From: an uncultured Gammaproteobacteria bacterium
GTDB lineage: Bacteria > Patescibacteriota > Patescibacteriia > Magasanikbacterales > UBA922
NCBI GenBank assembly: GCA_964519725.1
Contig: CAZFKS010000007.1
Coordinates: forward strand, 1,221 to 65,220
Length of the DNA: 64,000 nucleotides
Direction: 5' to 3'
Shown here one piece after another: positions 22,134-31,455 of the stretch. The position numbers were made by a program, and so were the translations under genes. The notes beneath the pieces are model-generated. The model was not told where the DNA came from, did not search any database, and saw nothing but the letters and a program-made list of their open reading frames with translations. Position 1 is the stretch's first letter; every line of letters begins with the position of its first letter.

Positions 22134-23582
22134 TTACAAATTTTCGCGACAAAGTGGTGATGAGGTTGCCGTAGTTAATAAAATATAATCATTTGACTGG
22201 ACTAAGCTGCAACCAGAAAATGATTCGTATTTTTGTAAATTTGGTAGTGTACTGGTTGTCACCCACCAATACTCATATTTATTTGGATCAGCTAAATAAT
22301 ATTCAGCTGATTTTTGGTCCACACTAATAATATTCCAATTCTGTACCAGGTGCGTGTGCCAATAAAACGCCGGCAATACTCGGCCCAGAGTCCAATTTTT
22401 AACACCATAAGTAATGACTGGTGCGTCGGCGGGAATAATGGTTTGATTTTGGTTAATAATAATTTCTTCTTGGCGGTCACTGTACGCAAAATACCAAAAC
22501 ATTTTAATTAATTTGTGCGTGTTAAACAGTAATAATCCAACCGCAAGTAAGGCTAAGCCAAAAGCAGTCAATTTTTTCTTAGTAAAAATAATTTGCGCAC
22601 TCACCCCAAAGGCCATAAATAAGGCTGGCAAGGCTGGCACTAAATACCAACTTAATTTAGTACTAATTAAGTGCGGCGGAATTAAAGTTACTAATAACCA
22701 TAAACTTAACCATTTTTCTTTTTTGCAAAAAACCAAACTACTACTGACCACAAGCAGCAGCGCATACCAAATTGCTAATTGTTCAACTGTAAAATTCCAG
22801 TAAAAATTTAAGCCGCCAGTGTGCCCGTCTACGGCTCCACGGACGCGCGTGAAAAATTGTTCTTGCCAATAAATCCGGACATAATCATCTGGTTTAAATT
22901 GGTACTGCAGCGCGTGCCAAGCGAGCCACGGAATAAAAGCGAGTAAAATTCCAACACTAAAATTAATTAACCACTGTCTATTTTTAGTTTGTAAAAAATT
23001 AATTATTTCTAGGGCAATTAAAAAACCCAAAAACGGTAGGGCCCAAACCCCGCGGGTCAGTAAAAACAAACCAAATACAGTGAGCACAGGCCAGATCTTT
23101 TTTGGCCAATATAAATAAGCCGCCGGAATACCAATGGAAAATAAAATCGTAAATGCTTCCAGGTCAGCCGTGCCCAGAGTGTGACGGAGCCACAAAATTG
23201 GCGCGGTCCAAAATATTAATGAGGTCGCGACTGCAATTGTTCGGTTTACACGCGTACGCAGAAGCCAATAAAATATTGCCGCCGCAAGAGCAGTCGCCAG
23301 TAAACCCGGTAACCGCAAGGCCCACACTTCTAAACCAAATAATTTTGTGGAAATAGCCATGAGCCAAAACCCAAGCGGCTCTTTATCAAACCACGGTGCA
23401 CCCTGCAGGAACAAATGAAGCCAATGCCCGCCTTTGACAATTTCCCCAACTACATTGGCGTACAAACCCTCGTCCCAATCAGTCAATGGTCGTATATACA
23501 CAAATATACTGGCCAGTGCGCCCACCCCAACACCCAAAATTCCCGCCAAATATTGATCAATTTTGTCCCATTTTTCTTTCAT
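22134..23582 (-). CDS. GT-C membrane glycosyltransferase (ArnT/PMT_2-like)
   Basis: DWDEGLYA, WFDKEPLGFW, ALRLP, KLSWYLVPALP; polytopic; start at ATG 23582. Confidence 0.85.
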   Translation of the reverse strand: MKEKWDKIDQYLAGILGVGVGALASIFVYIRPLTDWDEGLYANVVGEIVKGGHWLHLFLQGAPWFDKEPLGFWLMAISTKLFGLEVWALRLPGLLATALAAAIFYWLLRTRVNRTIAVATSLIFWTAPILWLRHTLGTADLEAFTILFSIGIPAAYLYWPKKIWPVLTVFGLFLLTRGVWALPFLGFLIALEIINFLQTKNRQWLINFSVGILLAFIPWLAWHALQYQFKPDDYVRIYWQEQFFTRVRGAVDGHTGGLNFYWNFTVEQLAIWYALLLVVSSSLVFCKKEKWLSLWLLVTLIPPHLISTKLSWYLVPALPALFMAFGVSAQIIFTKKKLTAFGLALLAVGLLLFNTHKLIKMFWYFAYSDRQEEIIINQNQTIIPADAPVITYGVKNWTLGRVLPAFYWHTHLVQNWNIISVDQKSAEYYLADPNKYEYWWVTTSTLPNLQKYESFSGCSLVQSNDYILLTTATSSPLCRENL

Positions 23583-23675
23583 ATTAGCCAATTATGCGAT
23601 AACAGCCGCCCCAGGTCAACCGCACCCAATTGCGCATTTTCCCAAAGTTGTTATCATGGAGGTAACCAAAATTAT

Positions 23676-24770
23676 ATGTCTTTAAAAGAAATTGTTGACC
23701 AAAAAATGCCCTCACTTACTGAATGGCTAGAAAAAGTGGGCCATACCGAAACAGATTCGTTCCGACTTGAGGACAATGCTAAACGCGACCGCTTGGAAAT
23801 TTTGCATAAACGGACTGGCCTTCGCTATGATCGGCCTGATCGCCTGCTTGCGACTGATATTACGAATAATTCCCCAGCTTTTCAGGCTATTTTTAATGAA
23901 AAAGCCGATAATTTGTGTGCAATTCGCTTGGTACCAATTGACCCAGCCCTACCAAAACTCCGGGTTCGTGGCAAATCTTTGCGCGAAAATTTAATTTGGT
24001 TCCATGAACAAGTGATTGATCCGACCCAGTATAAAGTTGAGGTCATCCCTCACCCGACAGAAAGTTTGGCGGCTGGAACTTTTTTGGTGACTGACAAAGG
24101 TGTACTTGGAGAAATTACCCTGGGCTGGCACTGGGAACTCACCCAGGGCTTTTACGACCGTCCACCAGTGACTTTTTTCTATGATTACCAGTCCTGGCAA
24201 TTATCGGAATCAAACCAGGCTGTCTTTGCCACTATTCAGGAGGCAATTAAAGCTCTCCGCATCACTGATCCTAGTTTGCAAGCCACTCTGTCCGAAGAAG
24301 TTGGGGCCGAATTTACGAACCGCGGCTATCTCAAGGGATATTTTGAATTTGCCGTGCCTGATCCACACTATCAGGTGGAATTTATTGATTATAATCGCCT
24401 TTTGTACAAACTTTTGGCGGCCGAAGTTGCCCCAGCTCTACCTCAAGCCAGTGATGAAGTATTAAAAGGCACTATTGCCAGTCGCGGCCAAGCCGTCGGT
24501 CAGGTGCGCTGGGTTGATAATCCAACTGAAGCCGAATTTAATGTGGGCGAGATTCTGGCCTGCTCCATGACCACGGTGGATTTTGTTCCGCTCATGCAAA
24601 AAGCCGCCGGAATTATCACTGAACAAGGCACAATTTTGTCCCACGCAGCCATTGTTAGTCGCGAGCTTAAAAAGCCTTGTTTAGTTGGGGTAAAAACCGC
24701 CCGCCAAAAATTACCAAGTGGCACTAAAATCGAACTAAACGCTAATTTGGGGACCATTAAAATTCTCTAA
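23676..24770 (+). CDS. Protein with a C-terminal PEP-utilising mobile (phospho-His) domain and an unassigned N-terminal domain
   Basis: LKGTIASRG.AVG.V, GEIL...MTT, AAGIITEQGTILSHAAIVSRELKKPCLVG; GGAGG upstream of ATG 23676. Confidence 0.85.
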   Translation: MSLKEIVDQKMPSLTEWLEKVGHTETDSFRLEDNAKRDRLEILHKRTGLRYDRPDRLLATDITNNSPAFQAIFNEKADNLCAIRLVPIDPALPKLRVRGKSLRENLIWFHEQVIDPTQYKVEVIPHPTESLAAGTFLVTDKGVLGEITLGWHWELTQGFYDRPPVTFFYDYQSWQLSESNQAVFATIQEAIKALRITDPSLQATLSEEVGAEFTNRGYLKGYFEFAVPDPHYQVEFIDYNRLLYKLLAAEVAPALPQASDEVLKGTIASRGQAVGQVRWVDNPTEAEFNVGEILACSMTTVDFVPLMQKAAGIITEQGTILSHAAIVSRELKKPCLVGVKTARQKLPSGTKIELNANLGTIKIL

Positions 24771-24844
24771 TTTTAGCCCAAAAATATTGGCTTGGCAGAC
24801 CTCCCTGGCTTTGTTACAATGCCTCCAAAATAACTACCAAAAAT

Positions 24845-25333
24845 ATGGAAGAAGCTTTCAAACGACCAAGTTGGGATGAATATTTTATGGAAATTACCCG
24901 GGCCGTGGCCAAGCGCGCCACCTGTGACCGAGGCCGCTCTGGTTGTGTAATTGCGCGCGACCGCCAAATTTTGGTAACTGGTTATGTTGGTTCAGCCGCT
25001 GGCCTGCCACACTGCGATGAAGTTGGCCACCAAATGAAAGTCATCACTCATGAAGACGGTCACCAAAGCCAACACTGTGTTCGCACTACTCACGCTGAAC
25101 AAAATGCGATTACGCAAGCCGCTAAACTTGGTGTAAATATCAATGATACTGTTTTATATTGCAAAATGACCCCGTGCGCGGTTTGCGCGCGCATGATTAT
25201 TAATGTTGGGATCAAACGCGTGGTCTGCGAAAAACGCTATCACGCTGGGGCAGAAAGTGAAAAAATGTTTCGCACCGTTGGCATTGCCCTAGAATATTTT
25301 GACGAAGGCGTTGAACAATATGCCAACCAATAA
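24845..25333 (+). CDS. dCMP deaminase (ComEB-like)
   Basis: RPSWDEYFM, RATC, HAEQNAI, PCAVC. Confidence 0.9.
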   Translation: MEEAFKRPSWDEYFMEITRAVAKRATCDRGRSGCVIARDRQILVTGYVGSAAGLPHCDEVGHQMKVITHEDGHQSQHCVRTTHAEQNAITQAAKLGVNINDTVLYCKMTPCAVCARMIINVGIKRVVCEKRYHAGAESEKMFRTVGIALEYFDEGVEQYANQ

Positions 25334-25883
25334 AATTGTTCTTGGCATTGTTGGTGAAATGGGCGTTGGCAAGAGCACCATCACTGACTACATCAAACAA
25401 AAACACAAGGCGGTTTCTTTCCGCTTTTCTGACATGTTAACTGATATTGCACACCGGTTGTATTTGGAACCAAGCCGCCCAAATTTGCAAATGATTTCAT
25501 CAATGTTGCGGCAGACTATCAGCCAGGACATTATGTCCAAAGTAATTTACAAAGATGCAGAAAATGCCACGGCTGATTTAATTATTATTGAAGGCATTCG
25601 CCGGCCCAGTGACATTACCTACCTCAGAGAATTGTCCAATTTTTATTTGATTGGCATGAATGCTGACGAACGCGTACGCTATGAACGTGTGTGTTTACGT
25701 AGTGAAAAACCGGATGATCAAACCAAAACTTGGGAAGAATTCCAGCAAGATGGTTTAGCTGAAGCCGAACAAGAAATTAAAAATATCAAAGCTGAAGCGC
25801 GTGTTCAAATTGATAATAATGGCACAGAAGCGGAGTTGTTTGCGCAGGTGGATAAGATTCTAACTGACGTTGGTATTACCTAA
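25320..25883 (+). CDS. P-loop nucleotide kinase (dephospho-CoA kinase/dNMP kinase-like)
   Basis: GIVGEMGVGKST, IIEGIR, IDNNGT. Confidence 0.8.
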   Translation: MPTNKIVLGIVGEMGVGKSTITDYIKQKHKAVSFRFSDMLTDIAHRLYLEPSRPNLQMISSMLRQTISQDIMSKVIYKDAENATADLIIIEGIRRPSDITYLRELSNFYLIGMNADERVRYERVCLRSEKPDDQTKTWEEFQQDGLAEAEQEIKNIKAEARVQIDNNGTEAELFAQVDKILTDVGIT

Positions 25884-25884
25884 T

Positions 25885-26316
25885 ATGAAAGTTAAAATTA
25901 AATTGATTGATAACACCTTGCCATTACCTGCCTATCAAACACCTGGAGCCGTGGCGTTTGATTTATACAGTCGAATTGATTTGGAAATTCCAGCTAAAAC
26001 TATTGCTAAAATTCCCACCAATTTAATTGTCCAAACTCCACCCGGATATCTCCTCAGCATCGTGACTCGTTCCAGTACGGCCAGCAAAAAAGGATTGTCC
26101 TTGCTCCAAGGCTACGGAATTATTGACCAAGATTATTGTGGTCCAACCGATGAAATTTTATATCAAGTGTATAATTTTACTGACAATTCAGTTACAGTTG
26201 AACGCGGCGAACGTGTGGGTCAAGCCTCCTTCTTGCGCGTGGACCAGGCTGAGTGGGAGGAAGTTCCAGAAATGACTGGTCCTAACCGCGGTGGCTTTGG
26301 AACTACAGGAAAATAA
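25885..26316 (+). CDS. dut: dUTP diphosphatase
   Basis: GAVAFDL, RSS, GIIDQDYCG, GERVGQ, RGGFGTTG. Confidence 0.93.
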   Translation: MKVKIKLIDNTLPLPAYQTPGAVAFDLYSRIDLEIPAKTIAKIPTNLIVQTPPGYLLSIVTRSSTASKKGLSLLQGYGIIDQDYCGPTDEILYQVYNFTDNSVTVERGERVGQASFLRVDQAEWEEVPEMTGPNRGGFGTTGK

Positions 26317-26323
26317 TACCAAT

Positions 26324-27196
26324 ATGAAAGCTTACTTAGACATTGTTAAAAAAATTATTGAACACGGTGAAGTCAAAGCTGACCGCACTGGTACTGGCAC
26401 AATTGCCATTGCCGGCGCGATTTTTGAACATGACATGGCCAAAGGTTTCCCTCTCCTCACTACCAAAAAAATGCCGTTCAAAGTCATTGCTAGTGAACTG
26501 GAATTTTTTATCAAAGGCATTACTGACAAAGAATGGTTGCGGGAGCGAAATAATCATATTTGGGACGAGTGGGCCCGGCCAAGTAAAGCGCCCTACGGCC
26601 ACACGGCGCACGCCAAAGAACAGATGTTCAAAGAACGCGATCTCGGCCCAGTCTATGGTTTTCAGTGGCGACACTTTGGGGCTGAGTATAAAAATCATGA
26701 CACTGATTACACTGGCCAAGGCGTTGATCAATTTAAAAATTTAGTGGATGGACTTAAAAAAGATCCAACTAGTCGGCGCTTAATTGTAAATTCTTGGAAC
26801 GCAGCGATGCTGGGTGACATGGGTTTACCACCCTGCCATTATTCTTTTCAAGTCACGGTGATTAATGGCCGGCTTAATTTGCTTTGGAACCAACGCTCAG
26901 TTGACACCATGCTTGGTTTGCCATTTAACATTGCTAGTTACGCTTTACTCTTGCACTTGCTGGCCAAAGAAACTGGACTTAAAGAAGGTAAGTTAGTTGG
27001 TTTTTTGGCTGATGTGCATATTTACCGCAATCATTTGGAAGGCGTCAAAGAACAAATTACCCGCGATCCAAATTTACACAAGTTACCACGTTTAGAAACT
27101 GAAAATTTCACTTCGATTTTTAATTGGAATTACGAAGATACGCGTGTGGTTGGTTACGAAAGTTACCCAAAAATTAGTTTTCAAATTGCTGTTTAA
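26324..27196 (+). CDS. thyA: Thymidylate synthase ThyA
   Basis: DRTGTGT, FPLLTTKK, LGPVYGFQWR, LPPCH, QRSVD, GLPFN, HIY. Confidence 0.97.
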   Translation: MKAYLDIVKKIIEHGEVKADRTGTGTIAIAGAIFEHDMAKGFPLLTTKKMPFKVIASELEFFIKGITDKEWLRERNNHIWDEWARPSKAPYGHTAHAKEQMFKERDLGPVYGFQWRHFGAEYKNHDTDYTGQGVDQFKNLVDGLKKDPTSRRLIVNSWNAAMLGDMGLPPCHYSFQVTVINGRLNLLWNQRSVDTMLGLPFNIASYALLLHLLAKETGLKEGKLVGFLADVHIYRNHLEGVKEQITRDPNLHKLPRLETENFTSIFNWNYEDTRVVGYESYPKISFQIAV

Positions 27197-27197
27197 T

Positions 27198-27668
27198 GTG
27201 TCTTTATCTTTAGTCGCTGGAATAGCTAGTAATAATTGCATTGGAGTGGGTGGCCACCTGCCTTGGCATATCCCTGAAGACCTTAAACATTTTCGTGAGG
27301 TCACGACTGGAAAAACAGTGTTAATGGGCCGCAAAACTTGGGAATCACTCCCCGAAAAATTTCGACCACTACCAAATCGTTTGAATATTGTGATTACTCG
27401 CCAAACTGATTATGTAGTTCCAGAAAAAGTGGAAGTGTTCGCAACCATTGAAGCCGCGATTGCCGCTCACCCAAATGAAGAAATCATGGTCATTGGTGGC
27501 GCAGAAATTTACCGACAAACAATTGATTTAGCTGACACACTGTACATGACTTTGGTTGACCAAGCGATTGACGGCGATGCCTATTTCCCGACCATTGACC
27601 CAAACGTGTGGCATGAAACTACACGCATCGATCACGCTGGTTTTTCCTTTGTGACTTATCAAAAATAA
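27198..27668 (+). CDS. folA: Dihydrofolate reductase
   Basis: LPWHIPEDLKHF, MGRKTWES, RPLPNR, IGGAEIY, GDAYFP; GTG start one base after the thyA stop. Confidence 0.93.
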   Translation: MSLSLVAGIASNNCIGVGGHLPWHIPEDLKHFREVTTGKTVLMGRKTWESLPEKFRPLPNRLNIVITRQTDYVVPEKVEVFATIEAAIAAHPNEEIMVIGGAEIYRQTIDLADTLYMTLVDQAIDGDAYFPTIDPNVWHETTRIDHAGFSFVTYQK

Positions 27669-27669
27669 T

Positions 27670-28347
27670 ATGCCCGGATTTTTTATTTCCATTGAAGGAA
27701 CAGACGGTTCAGGTAAAGGCACGCAAACTGAATTATTAGTTAACCGTTTAAAAGCTGAAGGCAAACCAGTGGAAGTAATTAGTTTTCCGCAGTACGGCGA
27801 GTCTAGCGCGGCCTTGGTAGAAGATTATTTACACGGAAAATTTGGCACAGCTGAAGAAGTTGGCCCATACCGTGGCTCAATTTTTTACGCCATTGATCGT
27901 TACGCGGCTTCACAAAAAATTCGCGCTTGGCTAGCCGAAGGAAAAATTGTTTTATCTAATCGTTACGTTGGCTCAAACATGGGCCACCAAGGTGGTAAAA
28001 TTAATAACGCAGTGGCCCAGGACCGTTATTTTGCTTGGGTGTATGATTTGGAGTATAATATCTTTGCAATTCCCAAACCGGATTTAAGCTTACTCTTGCA
28101 TGTCCCAGCTGAAGTAGCGCAACAACTAGTGGACAAAAAAGATGATCGCGCGTATTTGCACGGCAAAAAGCGCGACATTCACGAAGATGATTTGAACCAC
28201 TTAAAAGCCGCCGAAATTACGTATCAGCGCGTGGCTCACAAATTTCCAGAGTACACTGTGATTGAGTGCGCACCAAATAATAAACTCAAATCAGTCACGG
28301 AAATTCACGAATTAATTTGGTCTTTCTTAAGTAACAAACTGTCTTAA
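27670..28347 (+). CDS. tmk: Thymidylate kinase
   Basis: ISIEGTDGSGKGTQ, SFPQY, DRY, PKPDL. Confidence 0.9.
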   Translation: MPGFFISIEGTDGSGKGTQTELLVNRLKAEGKPVEVISFPQYGESSAALVEDYLHGKFGTAEEVGPYRGSIFYAIDRYAASQKIRAWLAEGKIVLSNRYVGSNMGHQGGKINNAVAQDRYFAWVYDLEYNIFAIPKPDLSLLLHVPAEVAQQLVDKKDDRAYLHGKKRDIHEDDLNHLKAAEITYQRVAHKFPEYTVIECAPNNKLKSVTEIHELIWSFLSNKLS

Positions 28348-28348
28348 T

Positions 28349-29086
28349 ATGCTCATTACGGCCACTCACTTAATTCAAAACACTTTACAACTTTACACTC
28401 GTAATTTAGGCGCGATTGTTAAATACTTAGGTGCCATGTTTGTCGTGTGGGGACTCTTGGCCCTTAATGCCATTGCTGGTTTTTCTTTTTTCCCACGTGT
28501 GCTTGGTACGGCTGGCGCAATCGTTGGCGTAGTTATTCAATTTACAATTTTGGGTTTATTTTTCCTGGTTACCATTGCTTTTAATCGCACTTTACAACGC
28601 GTTGTGCGTGAAGAACCAGTGAATACTATTTGGACAGAAATTAAAGCCGCTAAAAAAGTTTTTCTACCAGCCATTGCCGTTAGTTTTCTCCTTACTTTAA
28701 TTGTCATGCTGGGCATGATTTTATTTATCATTCCAGGGATTGTATTTGCGCTTTGGTACTATTTTGCCAGTTACGCGGCCATGCTTGATAACCAAAAAAC
28801 TTTCGCCGCCCTTAAATTTAGCAAAAGTTTAGTCGCTGGTCGATTTGGGGCAGTGCTCTGGCGGCTATGCGCGCCAATTACTTTGTACGTAGTCTTTTTT
28901 AGTGTAGTCACTTGGTTAATTGTGACTCCAGGCCAATATTTCCTGGCTTCCACTGGCCAAATGAGTGGGTACTGGATTTCAATTAGTTTGGGAATTCTCT
29001 TTTACTTCTTACTTTTCCCAGTCATTACCCTGACCCCAATTCTCCTGTACGAGCACTTAAAAAGCACTCAAGGCCAAGTTGAATAA
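28349..29086 (+). CDS. Polytopic membrane protein
   Basis: About six TM segments; LFIIPGI and ALKFSKSLV.GR motifs of a widespread membrane family. Confidence 0.75.
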   Translation: MLITATHLIQNTLQLYTRNLGAIVKYLGAMFVVWGLLALNAIAGFSFFPRVLGTAGAIVGVVIQFTILGLFFLVTIAFNRTLQRVVREEPVNTIWTEIKAAKKVFLPAIAVSFLLTLIVMLGMILFIIPGIVFALWYYFASYAAMLDNQKTFAALKFSKSLVAGRFGAVLWRLCAPITLYVVFFSVVTWLIVTPGQYFLASTGQMSGYWISISLGILFYFLLFPVITLTPILLYEHLKSTQGQVE

Positions 29087-29088
29087 CC

Positions 29089-29116
29089 AAAAAACACCCT
29101 TGCCGAGGGTGTTTTT
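29089..29116 (+). terminator. Terminator of the dTTP operon
   Basis: AAAAACACCCT-tgccg-AGGGTGTTTTT. Confidence 0.8.
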
Positions 29117-29138
29117 AGTATGGTAGGATTAGCTCACT

Positions 29139-30674
29139 ATGGAACTAACTCCAATCATTGGCCTCGAAGTCCACGTTGAATTGGCTACCCAGTCAAAAAT
29201 GTTTTGTGCGTGCCCAAATAATAGCGAAGGCATTCCCGCCAACACTAATATTTGCCCAGTGTGTTTGGCTCACCCTGGCACTTTGCCAGTCCCAAACCAA
29301 ACTGCACTTGGTTGGGCCGTTTTAATTGGTAAAGCCCTTGGCTGCACCATTCGCGACCTGTCCAAATTTGACCGCAAGCACTATTTTTACCCAGACCTAC
29401 CAAAGGGTTACCAAATTTCCCAATTTGACGAGCCAATTGCTGAGCACGGCTCAATTACTTTGAACTTTCCGCTTGAAACTAATGTGCGTGATGTGGCCAC
29501 GATTGGGATTCGTCGCGCCCACATGGAAGAAGACACTGCCAAGTCACTCCATGATGCCTCTCAGGCCTCATTAGTTGACTTTAATCGCGCCGGAGCCCCA
29601 TTAGTTGAAATAGTTACTGACCCAGACTTCAAAAGCGCGCTAGAGGCCAAAACCTACGCTCAGGAACTGCAGCGAATTTTGCGTTATTTGGGCGTTAGTC
29701 AGGCTGATATGGAAAAAGGCCAAATGCGCGTGGAGGCCAATGTTTCAGTCCAGGCGCCTGGATCATTTGAAATTGTAAATGGTGAAGTGAAACCACTTAA
29801 TGGTTTTACTTTGAATAACAAAGTTGAGGTAAAAAATATTAATTCATTTAAGGCTGTTGAAAAAGCAATTTTATTTGAAATTGATCGCCAAACCAAATTG
29901 GTTGAGGCGGGCGAAAGTTGGGTTCAAGAAACTCGGGGTTGGGATGAAAATAAAAATGCGACTGTAGCGCAACGGAGTAAAGAAAATGCGGCTGATTACC
30001 GTTATTTCCCAGAACCAGATATTCCACCGTTTCACCCAGCCAAATATGCCGAGGGTTTGCGCTTACCAGAATTACCCATTGCCAAACGTGCCCGTTTACG
30101 CGAAGAATTAAATTTTTCATACTCTGATGCCGAAATTTTAACTGACAATCCCCTGCTCGCTAATTTTGCTGAGCAAGTAGTTAGTGAAAACGAAGCTTGG
30201 CTTGAGGCAATCGAAGATAAACCCCAAAAAGAAGAGCAAAATGTTCGACTCTGCAAACTAACTGGCGGTTGGATTACTGGAAAATTACTTGGTCTACTGA
30301 ATAGCGCCAATAAAACCATTAAGGATTTTAAAATCAGTCCAGAAAATTTTGCTGAACTCCTCATTCTCATGCACACTGGTAAATTAAATTCAACCAATGG
30401 CGCCAAAATCTTAGAACAAATGGTTGCGAGTGAAGTCGATCTTGATCCAACTCACATCATGGAAGAAAAAGGGTATGGCCAGGTTAGTGATGAGGGTGCA
30501 CTTAGTACTGTGGTCGCGGAAGTAATTAAAAATTACCCAGCCCAAGTGCAGCAATATAAAGACGGCAAAGTCACCATCTTACAATTCTTAAAAGGCATGG
30601 TCATGAAAGCCACCGAAGGCAGTGCTGACCCAGCCGTAGCTGAAAAATTATTACTCGAAGAGTTACAAAAGTAA
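29139..30674 (+). CDS. gatB: Asp/Glu-tRNA amidotransferase subunit B
   Basis: IGLEVHVEL, FDRKHYFYPDLPKGYQISQ, DFNRAG.PLVEIVT, VEVKNINS, DYRYFPEPD. Confidence 0.96.
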   Translation: MELTPIIGLEVHVELATQSKMFCACPNNSEGIPANTNICPVCLAHPGTLPVPNQTALGWAVLIGKALGCTIRDLSKFDRKHYFYPDLPKGYQISQFDEPIAEHGSITLNFPLETNVRDVATIGIRRAHMEEDTAKSLHDASQASLVDFNRAGAPLVEIVTDPDFKSALEAKTYAQELQRILRYLGVSQADMEKGQMRVEANVSVQAPGSFEIVNGEVKPLNGFTLNNKVEVKNINSFKAVEKAILFEIDRQTKLVEAGESWVQETRGWDENKNATVAQRSKENAADYRYFPEPDIPPFHPAKYAEGLRLPELPIAKRARLREELNFSYSDAEILTDNPLLANFAEQVVSENEAWLEAIEDKPQKEEQNVRLCKLTGGWITGKLLGLLNSANKTIKDFKISPENFAELLILMHTGKLNSTNGAKILEQMVASEVDLDPTHIMEEKGYGQVSDEGALSTVVAEVIKNYPAQVQQYKDGKVTILQFLKGMVMKATEGSADPAVAEKLLLEELQK

Positions 30675-31454
30675 TTAGGTGGCGCGCGCAATTCCGTTTT
30701 CCTCTTCATTATCATTAACCGCTGCCATTTCCTCATTAGTGTTAGCGGCTTTTTGATTTAAGGCCTGATTCAGTGACGCAGCAGCGCCAGCTTGTCGGGC
30801 GTTCATATTTAAATTTTGACCTGGTGCTGACGGCACAATTTCTTGGTGGTGCACCCCACTCAAATGATTAATTGAAGTAGTGGCTCCAGCTCGTTCATCA
30901 GCTCGAAATTTCTGAGTCGCACTAACTTCACGATTTTGTTTTTCCAATTTTTGGCGTTCAATTTCATCACGAATTTTTTGCATCCGATCATGCGTATCAT
31001 GGCGGTGCTCAGCCGCCTCACGGTCATGAGCCAAATTATGTTCTTCATTTTCATTGGCCACATTTGCGCGCAAAGTGTGAGCTGGTTTTTTTGGCTCAAC
31101 TGGTGCCATAGTTTCAGCCGCATGCTCATAGGCAGTCAGAGCGTTTTTATGATTTCTCTTAAATTCAGTACTGAGCATTCCCTGTTCATACATTTCATCA
31201 GTAAACACTTTTTTCTGTTTTGCACTTTCTAGTCCTAAATCCTTAACCCCAGCCGCGGCTCGAATTGAAACTTTGCGGGCTAATTTTTCACTCATTTTTC
31301 CTGATTCAGTGAGACCTGCCCGCATGGCTTTGATAAATTTATTATTCGACATCAGCCGACTACCACTACTCATAATACTGCGCAGCGGTTTAGACACGCG
31401 CGCACCCAAATTAATACTTCCCAGTTGTGGATTTTTTGGATCAAAGACCGCCAT
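30675..31454 (-). CDS. Hypothetical hydrophilic protein
   Basis: 259-aa ORF coupled to miaA by a TAA-T-ATG junction. Confidence 0.7.
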   Translation of the reverse strand: MAVFDPKNPQLGSINLGARVSKPLRSIMSSGSRLMSNNKFIKAMRAGLTESGKMSEKLARKVSIRAAAGVKDLGLESAKQKKVFTDEMYEQGMLSTEFKRNHKNALTAYEHAAETMAPVEPKKPAHTLRANVANENEEHNLAHDREAAEHRHDTHDRMQKIRDEIERQKLEKQNREVSATQKFRADERAGATTSINHLSGVHHQEIVPSAPGQNLNMNARQAGAAASLNQALNQKAANTNEEMAAVNDNEEENGIARAT

Positions 31455-31455
31455 A

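Noticed and set aside
23415-23675. 87-aa N-terminal extension of the PEP-utiliser protein
   Set aside because: It overlaps the divergent glycosyltransferase; promoter and SD point to ATG 23676.
24845-28347. Phage-derived nucleotide-metabolism or defence island
   Set aside because: Composition and junction style match the host genes; no mobility or phage genes flank it.
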